A stretch of 23,669 nucleotides of DNA, from the NCBI GenBank assembly GCA_963847625.1, contig CAWKAR010000005.1, positions 1-23,669 on the forward strand. Direction: 5' to 3'. The DNA comes from a candidate division FCPU426 bacterium (lineage in GTDB: Bacteria > Oederibacteriota > Muellerivitia > Muellerivitales > Muellerivitaceae). The notes under the pieces are model-generated. The model was not told where the DNA came from, did no database searches, and saw nothing but the letters and a program-made list of their open reading frames with translations. Below, in pieces: positions 18,101 to 23,669 of the stretch (its first letter is position 1; each line of letters starts with the position of its first letter). The position numbers and the translations under genes were made by a program.

Positions 18101-18280
18101 CAGCATGAGAGGCAGGCACTCGGCCCAGGCTTCGCGGTCAAAAGGGTTCCGGCTTAATATCGAGAGTTCCTTCCAGACTTTGGCCGGGTTTTTGAATCCA
18201 TACGGTTTTAGGACACGCTGGAGTCCGGCCTTGGAGGGCGTTTCAGACGAGAGGAAAAAAGAGATTAGGGAGGATTCCAT
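15200..18280 (-). CDS. glnE: Bifunctional glutamine synthetase adenylyltransferase/deadenylase
   Basis: 1026 aa with two nucleotidyltransferase domains: GMGKLGGNELNYCSDIDLLF...VDMRLRPEG...KLGKGGIREIEF and GMGKLGSREMNYGSDLDVLF...VDARLRPMG...PGGITDIEF. Confidence 0.96.
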   Translation of the reverse strand: MESSLISFFLSSETPSKAGLQRVLKPYGFKNPAKVWKELSILSRNPFDREAWAECLPLMLPEFSEAPDPDLAVNQFGTYAEKSFHRSQLYQYLLRVPQARKVLAKILGFSPYLASILYQEPGLLYWLLDEDGLYSRFSKERLVETLVRETEALDDFEGELNAIRRVKRRQMLRLGGRDLLGLCDVKTLTLELSGLADALLESVMAVGKEKLAKAGVPKPEGRLVVLGMGKLGGNELNYCSDIDLLFIYEISPQSQVVGEEARRYYNDLAEFIINAMQESSFLGNLFKVDMRLRPEGLGDMAKSLDAYLEHYESRSQLWELQALIKARPCTGDLDLGIQFLKEVEPLVFRKSFDSAVLREMREVMVLIRKKMEGMGKQKTQVKLGKGGIREIEFIVQLFQLVHGGLKPEIRGANTLEALENLGLEGILLKADAQFLAEAYRFLRNAEHHLQMVHGLQTHTLPRSAPALQSLARSLGFKGEKDEPVRFFRARYADTTSRVNHLYQEVFRIKTRQDVSSRVVQESLAGNREELEKDLEKKFFFDPAQAASNLLALVGRLRRSAGAKGEILWSVFVPALFKGLAKVPHPDRALNQMESFLNATSLPDLYIRYLLENPLMFRLLLELFSNSLFLSQILIAHPGNFDIVQRAVNERDPRSVQEFLEILEGRMAQTPDWEGRLNLLREVRDGEVLSVGLQDLLGKRKIFDCFAELSRLAIALSRCALGAAAVKLGFPCSTERPCAPKGFCMMGMGKLGSREMNYGSDLDVLFIYGDQEAKEIGFENYLKLSETFIFALAAPTPQGIAYQVDARLRPMGREAQMAHSVDAYRQYFRTYGQAAERLAYTRCSFLAGDRQTAFQVEKEIERFTYGRGLTRKELDEILGIREQMEQKAKKTKGLEIKVSPGGITDIEFFIQTLQVAYGREIPEIKVPHLPTALTYMKEAKLVPGEVLDELLEAYGFFRLLEARHRMVRETSDDELPEAPERLLRLVWRTGLGRGREAAERLVERVERTRERVRILFKRLPEWIRFEN

Positions 18281-18317
18281 TTGTAACCTTAAGCGAAAAA
18301 TGGTTTTTTATGGTAGC

Positions 18318-18372
18318 TGTCATTGCGACGAGTGACCGCCGAATAGGCGGTCGATAACGAGGAAGCAACCTC
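18318..18372 (+). repeat. REP-like palindrome of the (C/T)GTC-tagged GTCATTGCGA...GAAGCAATC type
   Basis: TGTCATTGCGACGAG-[GACCGCC-GAATA-GGCGGTC]-...CGAGGAAGCAACCTC between the P-II gene and glnE. Confidence 0.6.
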
Positions 18373-18396
18373 AGTTCTAATAATCCTTAGTTTTAT

Positions 18397-18759
<363 letters not shown>

Positions 18760-18781
18760 TTAAACTTTAAGTTTGTAACCT

Positions 18782-18814
18782 CTGAAAAAGTCGGCTTATC
18801 GCCAACTTTTTCAG
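18782..18814 (-). terminator. Hairpin, possible terminator downstream of vapC
   Basis: Minus strand CTGAAAAAGTTGGC-GATAA-GCCGACTTTTTCAG is fully paired with one G-U; a related hairpin lies at 23017-23050. Confidence 0.5.
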
Positions 18815-18823
18815 CAACCATCG

Positions 18824-18867
18824 AAGGTAACCCCACGTTTTCCTGCGGAAATCTTTGGGGTCGAAAC
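18824..18867. repeat. Dispersed repeat copy A (AAGGTAACCCC...CCTGYGGAAATCTTTGGGGTCGARAC)
   Basis: 18824-18834 is identical to 23060-23070; 18842-18867 matches 23171-23196 at 24/26. Confidence 0.8.
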
Positions 18868-18886
18868 CTCTGTTTGTCGCTTTATT

Positions 18887-19279
18887 TTAGTTTTTCAGAG
18901 GTTTCAGCTTTTTAACCTGTTGAATCGAATCAAAATGCTTATCCAAGGTGAGTAACGGGAAATGATGGCGGGAGCAGAGTGAGGCGATAAGCCCGTCCGT
19001 GGCTGGAATTTGAATCCCATTTGCCCGCAAACTGTTCAACAATTCCCCTGCTTTTTGAAAATCGGCCCGTTCGGTTTCAACGTAAGGCAAAGCGGAAAAA
19101 AGTTCCCATAACATGCCTTTTTCCCCGGGTTTGGCGCCCTGGAGGAGTTCCAATTCAACCGGCCCGCACAAGACCGCCTGTTTTTCCTCCAAAAGTTCGT
19201 CCAAGGAATCGGCGGCGGGGCTTTGGCCCCCCCTGAAATATTCAACCCAAACGGAAGTGTCAACGAGGACGTTTGCCAT
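18887..19279 (-). CDS. vapC: VapC PIN-domain toxin
   Basis: VLVDTSVWVEY, ELELLQG, DGLIA and LLTLDKHF acidic PIN residues; overlaps the end of vapB. Confidence 0.92.
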   Translation of the reverse strand: MANVLVDTSVWVEYFRGGQSPAADSLDELLEEKQAVLCGPVELELLQGAKPGEKGMLWELFSALPYVETERADFQKAGELLNSLRANGIQIPATDGLIASLCSRHHFPLLTLDKHFDSIQQVKKLKPLKN

Positions 19280-19493
19280 AGGTGGACCGGTTTTCCTGGA
19301 TTTCCATCGATCGAAGCTTTTCCCAATTGTTTTCCAGGTAAAGCTTCCCGCGCAGGGACCTTAATTTCTCGATCTTCAGGTGCTGGACCCAATCCGCCAA
19401 AGCGCGATTGACCGCTTCCGTGCGGGTCTTGGATTGGGTGTATTTCATCAGCTTTTCTATCACGCCGTCTTCAATGGTAATGGTGGTTCGCAT
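19260..19493 (-). CDS. vapB: VapB ribbon-helix-helix antitoxin (DUF2191-type)
   Basis: MRTTITIED..........T..KTRTEAVNRAL...LRGK; GGAG ribosome-binding site; directly upstream of the PIN toxin. Confidence 0.88.
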   Translation of the reverse strand: MRTTITIEDGVIEKLMKYTQSKTRTEAVNRALADWVQHLKIEKLRSLRGKLYLENNWEKLRSMEIQENRSTYGKRPR

Positions 19494-19523
19494 TCCAAGC
19501 TCCTATCATCAATATCACCATAT

Positions 19524-19552
19524 ATTATATGCTGTACTAAAGCATCATACAA
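19524..19552 (-). promoter_or_regulatory. vapBC promoter with a palindromic operator in the spacer
   Basis: Minus-strand TTGTAT-17 nt-TATAAT; ATGCT-N7-AGCAT at 19529-19545. Confidence 0.7.
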
Positions 19553-19631
19553 TCCGGTATTTGGTGCTATTTAAAAAGATCAGGGGCAACAGTTGCGCCA
19601 AGAAACAAATCCAAGGCTACACCAATATCAA

Positions 19632-19922
19632 TCAATCCAATTTCAATAAACGTTCACTCCGCCAAACCCGGATGACCCAAACATTTTTCGTTTCAACATG
19701 ATAGATAAGGCGAAAAGGCGGCACGATCAATTCCCTTAAAAAAGGGACGCCGAATTCAGGTACGATTCTTCCCGAGTCCGAATATTTCGCGAGCCTTTCC
19801 GATTTATTCAGCAGTTCCGCTACCAAGCGAAGACCTTGATCGGGAACGACTAGTTCCCTGTAATAAAGAACCGTGTTTTCTAAATCCTTGAGGGCGGATT
19901 CGGTTAACCCGACTTTCAACAT
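19632..19922 (-). CDS. RelE/ParE family toxin
   Basis: TESALKDLE, SGRIVPEF....RELIVPPFRLIY and VIRVWRSER; abuts the antitoxin stop codon. Confidence 0.9.
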   Translation of the reverse strand: MLKVGLTESALKDLENTVLYYRELVVPDQGLRLVAELLNKSERLAKYSDSGRIVPEFGVPFLRELIVPPFRLIYHVETKNVWVIRVWRSERLLKLD

Positions 19923-20192
19923 TTATTTCAAGCCGAACTTAAGGCGGGCTTCCGCCACGCTCAATGTTTTTCCCTTTTCCACGTCTTTGAGGCCCTCCAC
20001 CACCGCCTTCATGAAGGCCCTTTCCTCGGCCTGGTCTTCATAATCGCCGATGGATTGGACGATGGCAACCCCCTTGCCCCGGCTGGTCAAAAGAACCGGC
20101 CGGTGAGCTTGCGTTACCTGTTGAATCACCTTGGCGGGATTGGCTTTCATCGTGGTCACTGGCACAACATCTTCCGAGAATTTAACGTTCAT
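19923..20192 (-). CDS. Phd/YefM family antitoxin
   Basis: KFSEDVVPVTTMKANPAKVI...HRPVLLTSRGKGVAIVQS; ATG at 20192 follows AAGGAG. Confidence 0.9.
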   Translation of the reverse strand: MNVKFSEDVVPVTTMKANPAKVIQQVTQAHRPVLLTSRGKGVAIVQSIGDYEDQAEERAFMKAVVEGLKDVEKGKTLSVAEARLKFGLK

Positions 20193-20275
20193 TGGCAGCT
20201 CCTTGATCCACCCCGCGCCCACCAGGGGAGGGGTGACGCTAGATCATGCCAATGGATAGGCCATTGGCAAAGGAT

Positions 20276-20368
20276 CCATTTAAAGGCCTATCAATGAAGA
20301 CCATTTAACAGGTCGTTTCATAGGTCTTTTAATGGCACCTATTTTACAACCTTCAAATTTGATTTCAA
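20276..20368 (-). promoter_or_regulatory. Putative phd-relE promoter and GACC/GGTC operator palindromes
   Basis: Minus-strand TTGAAA-16 nt-TAAAAT (20368-20341), then the nested inverted repeat CCATT-AAAGGCCTAT...GACC-N8-GGTC...ATAGGTCTTT-AATGG. Confidence 0.45.
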
Positions 20369-20624
20369 GAGGCCAGGGCTGTTATGGGGAAGCAGAAGGT
20401 CTTGTATCAAATGAATCTTTTTAAGTACTTGCGGAGGCACTTCACTTTTTCGCGTGAATTTTTGGGGTTTCGCGGAAGAAGTGGGGACTTCTTTTGAACA
20501 CTACCAATCAAATTCACCGTCGCGCGGATGAAAGTGACGAATGTTCACTGCACCAAGCTGAGGAGCTTGGTGCCAGGCCCCTTTTTCCTGCTCGGCTAAT
20601 AAAATTGTTCGGAAATCGAAGCTT

Positions 20625-22712
20625 TCAATTGAGGAGCGGATCCAGTTTTATGCCTTTTTGGAGGACTTGGATATTCTCCATCGGGATTTCGACTGTTGCC
20701 AGGTATCTAACCCCATATTCGTCCTTATAATCCTTCCAAACCGCACGGGGATACAATTGTTGGACTTTAACCTTTTCGGCGTCATATTCTTGCCAATCGC
20801 TGAATAAAAGAACGACGTTTTTGGTCACTTGGGCCTTTATGGGCATGGCCAATGGAGTTCCTTCATTTATCTTTACTTGTTGATAGGTAAGAAATATTTC
20901 CGGACTGTCATAATTACTACAAATGAATTGGTCGGTAAATTTTTTCCCCTCGCAGACTACGTGATCTTTTGGGTAATAGCTTTTAATCACGTCTGCGATC
21001 GAAAAGGCGCTATAACTAAAATACCAACGATTATCGTGATCAACTTCGAATTTGAAAAAATAATTATTTATGTTCATCGACACGGAGCATACCATGATGA
21101 TTACCAACAGCAGGATTCCAGTTATACGAATAGGTTTGGGCCTGGCCGCCATAAATCTTACCGCCCAATCTATTCCTTGAGCCGTTAGAAAACACAAAAA
21201 AGGCAAAACCAGAAAACAACGATGTCCATTAAAGAAGGCGGGATCATTTTCCATGATCGCAAAAGCGTTAGAGATTATTCCGAAAAGCAGCCCGGACAAG
21301 GCCATCAAATTATTGCGCCTCCTAAAATAATAAAAAGCTAATATTAATCCCAAAAAACCAAAAAAGCCCAAAAATGGATCCAGAATCGGGACATTTCTAA
21401 GACCGGCGCCAGGATTGATATTCGAATTCGGCCAAAAAAAAGTATAAAAAGTGCTGATGATTCTTTCAAAGGGCAGGAAGAAAGCATTTTTTTCAATTAC
21501 AACTTTAAATACACTAAAGTTTTTTATTCGATCAAAGGCGTCCGCTGTTTTGGCCGCAGTATTGACAAGAAAGGGCCCCAACAACCAAAAACAGGAAATG
21601 AACATGAATAAAATGTGTTTCCAATATGTCTTGAAATAATTTTTTCCTTCGATGAAATAACTCGCGGTCAACGCAGTAATCACCATAACTGGTACCAATC
21701 GGCCGGAATTATATGTCATGACCGCGGCAGCCATAAAAATTCCAGCCAACCCGAAATAAAGCTGGCGGCCTTTCGACAGGGCCTTGGCTAAGAAAAACAA
21801 AGCTGGGACCTCAAAAACAATCGTGAAAATATGCTGAAAAGGTGAAAGGCTGTAAAAAAGATTCCACCAACAATAGGAAAAGAAGACAGCCGCCAACCAA
21901 GAAGCCAAAACCCCGTAATAAAGCCTGCACCATTTGTAAAAAAAATAAATGGGTACAATCGACAGGGCCGCAGATCCCCCTCGCCCCGCCGCCAAAGTGA
22001 TTCCAAAAATTTTTAAAAAAGGAGCAATAATAAACTGCGGAAAATAATTCCAGAACCAATTAAAGGCGAAAGGCGACCTCGTTTTCCATTGAAGCACATT
22101 GATTGCTCCAAGCAGATTGTTAGCCTCATCGGTTTGGAATCCAGTGAAATTTTGTTGTAGGAAAGGGAAACGGAGAAGAGCCGCCAGGACGATCAACAGA
22201 ATCAAACCCGTTTTTTCCTGGAATAAATCCCTCGTGTTCGAGAGGTTTTTATAATTTCTAGATAATAACAGGAAAGCCCCGATGAATAAGAACGCGGTGG
22301 CCACCCCCGGAATCCACCAATTATTCTCAAAGGATATATAAGAGAACACCCAAGACGTTATTACCAGAAAAACGCGCCAAAGCCAAAATTTGTCTTTTTT
22401 AGGGAAACCCGCTTGTTTTTCAGGGACTGGTTGTTGTGTTTTGGATTGCCCAGGAAAAGCTTTCCAAATCGACCAAAGAGCTATAGCTTGGAAAGAAAGA
22501 CCGAAAAGCCAAGTAGGATTTTCCCCTGATAGAAACCCCGCACCAACTCCTGAGAGCAGAATTCCGATAGCAAGGATATACCAGCGAATTTCGTTTATAT
22601 CTTTCGGTTTGTTAAAATAATTTTTAAGATTAAGTGTTTCATAAACGAAGGCTTTAAATGGCCTCAGTGTTTTCCTAATTGAATGACTTTTTGATTTTTT
22701 TCTATGTTTCAT
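20625..22712 (-). CDS. Polytopic membrane glycosyltransferase, GT-C fold (ArnT/PMT, GT39/83-like)
   Basis: 695 aa with many TM helices; LRFP......GFQTDEA motif after a TM helix, GR..SA, and Y.SGRL; visibly more AT-rich than the core genes. Confidence 0.82.
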   Translation of the reverse strand: MKHRKKSKSHSIRKTLRPFKAFVYETLNLKNYFNKPKDINEIRWYILAIGILLSGVGAGFLSGENPTWLFGLSFQAIALWSIWKAFPGQSKTQQPVPEKQAGFPKKDKFWLWRVFLVITSWVFSYISFENNWWIPGVATAFLFIGAFLLLSRNYKNLSNTRDLFQEKTGLILLIVLAALLRFPFLQQNFTGFQTDEANNLLGAINVLQWKTRSPFAFNWFWNYFPQFIIAPFLKIFGITLAAGRGGSAALSIVPIYFFYKWCRLYYGVLASWLAAVFFSYCWWNLFYSLSPFQHIFTIVFEVPALFFLAKALSKGRQLYFGLAGIFMAAAVMTYNSGRLVPVMVITALTASYFIEGKNYFKTYWKHILFMFISCFWLLGPFLVNTAAKTADAFDRIKNFSVFKVVIEKNAFFLPFERIISTFYTFFWPNSNINPGAGLRNVPILDPFLGFFGFLGLILAFYYFRRRNNLMALSGLLFGIISNAFAIMENDPAFFNGHRCFLVLPFLCFLTAQGIDWAVRFMAARPKPIRITGILLLVIIMVCSVSMNINNYFFKFEVDHDNRWYFSYSAFSIADVIKSYYPKDHVVCEGKKFTDQFICSNYDSPEIFLTYQQVKINEGTPLAMPIKAQVTKNVVLLFSDWQEYDAEKVKVQQLYPRAVWKDYKDEYGVRYLATVEIPMENIQVLQKGIKLDPLLN

Positions 22713-23016
22713 GTATTAATTTAAGAATACTTGACAAATATGTGTTGCCACAAGTGAAAAGCCGTTTTCGAAATTGGTTTTCTGATAGTTTGTAATTATA
22801 AACCCCGAGTTCTTTGCCGATAACCTGCCACTTTGGTGTGAACTACCTTTTTTCCGGGTTTGAACGATTTTATTTGAAGTTTTTATGGCCGCCGGGAACA
22901 GAATCATCAGGAACATATCATTCGTCACTTTAGGTCTTTGAACCATTCGGGGTCTGGCACAAGCCCGGGGCCTTGGCAACCGGTTAATTGAACCTATCTT
23001 CTTTCAGGTTGGGAGT

Positions 23017-23196
23017 GTTGAAAAACCCATCAACGATGGGATTTTTCAACGGCACCTTTAAGGTAACCCCCGATTTGACGGCGCTCATAGGGAAAATCCC
23101 CTATGTACAACGAACTCATAAGGAAGAGCCCCTATGTACCCACGAAACCGAAAAGCCCGCAAAACCAAGGCCTGTGGAAATCTTTGGGGTCGAGAC
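23017..23196. repeat. Dispersed repeat copy B with a preceding TGAAAAA/TTTTTCA hairpin and a ~100-bp internal insert
   Basis: Hairpin 23017-23050; arms at 23060-23070 and 23171-23196; the insert has two tandem CTCATARGRARRRYCCCTATGTAC-like units starting at 23084 and 23115. Confidence 0.75.
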
Positions 23197-23206
23197 TGTT
23201 GCAAGG

Positions 23207-23437
23207 TCACTTTTTGTCCCCGGAACTCTGTTCCAGGGACTTATTCAACAGTCTCAGGTTGTTGCTGAGCCGGTAAACCGCGCCGGCGCCATTGCCTTCC
23301 CTGACCAACCGCCCCTCGGCGATTAACTTGTTCAGGTTACGGAGCACGGTTCGCCTTGGACTTTCCAAGGCATCCACCATAGCGCCGGTTTTGACTTGGC
23401 CGTTCCGCTGGACATGGTCCAATAGCCTCAAAACCAA
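23207..23437 (-). CDS. Small winged-helix protein or C-terminal remnant of a larger gene
   Basis: RRTVLRNLNKLIAEGRLVREGNGAGAVYRL resembles the wHTH tails of Fic/RecG-like proteins; TTG start without a strong RBS; in-frame TGA 15 codons upstream. Confidence 0.55.
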   Translation of the reverse strand: MVLRLLDHVQRNGQVKTGAMVDALESPRRTVLRNLNKLIAEGRLVREGNGAGAVYRLSNNLRLLNKSLEQSSGDKK

Positions 23438-23583
23438 TTCTTCATCATCGGAACGGATTCGACTCCCGTTGGTCGCTCACCGCAGGCTGGCCAGGAACTC
23501 TGGAACCCGGGAACTGTTAAGCTGATAAGGCGGTAAGCCAAGCGGTAAGCCGGTAAGGGCAGAAAATCTTGGGAATGACAACA

Positions 23584-23669
23584 GGTTATCTCGGCTGCCG
23601 ACGGGAATGTGGGCGGTTTATCTCCCTTGCCGACGGGTGCCGACGGAAATGTGGGCGGTTTATCCTCCC
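23584..23669. repeat. Short degenerate tandem repeats running to the window end
   Basis: TGCCGACGGRAATGTGGGCGGTTTATC at 23596-23622 and 23638-23664 (26/27), with a partial TGCCGACGGG at 23628-23637. Confidence 0.75.

Noticed and set aside
16781..18157. Long antisense ORFs (also 2165-3250, 10677-11399, 1392-2081)
   Set aside because: Shadow frames of well-supported GC-rich genes on the opposite strand.
22716..23326. ORFs 22716-22979 (-) and 22988-23326 (+)
   Set aside because: No motifs or RBS, and the second runs through hairpin repeats. A decayed gene fragment near 22780-22970 cannot be excluded.
23438..23525. TGA read-through or recoding extending the wHTH ORF
   Set aside because: TGA is a normal stop in several genes here and the upstream peptide is unconvincing.

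Overview
Bacterial chromosomal window, mostly core genes with an accessory right end. Left to right: the 3' end of a large secreted protein gene (three FlgD-like/C-terminal sorting-type repeats, frameshifted at about 108), DUF2461, an RsmB/RsmF m5C methyltransferase, DUF1569, an SDR, a STAS protein, tRNA-Ser(UGA) and tRNA-Ser(GCU), a lipoprotein-DUF6062-DUF1844 cluster, a PerR-like regulator with ahpC, DUF2203, an ABC-F ATPase, a FecR-domain protein, a CDGSH Fe-S protein, an IgGFc-binding-domain surface protein, glnE and a P-II gene, two toxin-antitoxin pairs (vapBC, phd-relE/parE), an AT-rich GT-C membrane glycosyltransferase and a winged-helix fragment. The most unusual signals are non-coding. 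(1) A ~270-bp element at 12621-12897 is built from four ~40-bp oriented palindromes in alternating orientation, with a 100-bp period and compensatory changes. (2) Each tRNA-Ser is followed by a related ~130-bp multi-hairpin module that ends in a copy of that tRNA's own 3' end. (3) A composite hairpin element occurs twice, bracketing the TA/glycosyltransferase block. The P-II protein next to glnE lacks Tyr51. All family calls are by motif recognition only; no database searches were run.
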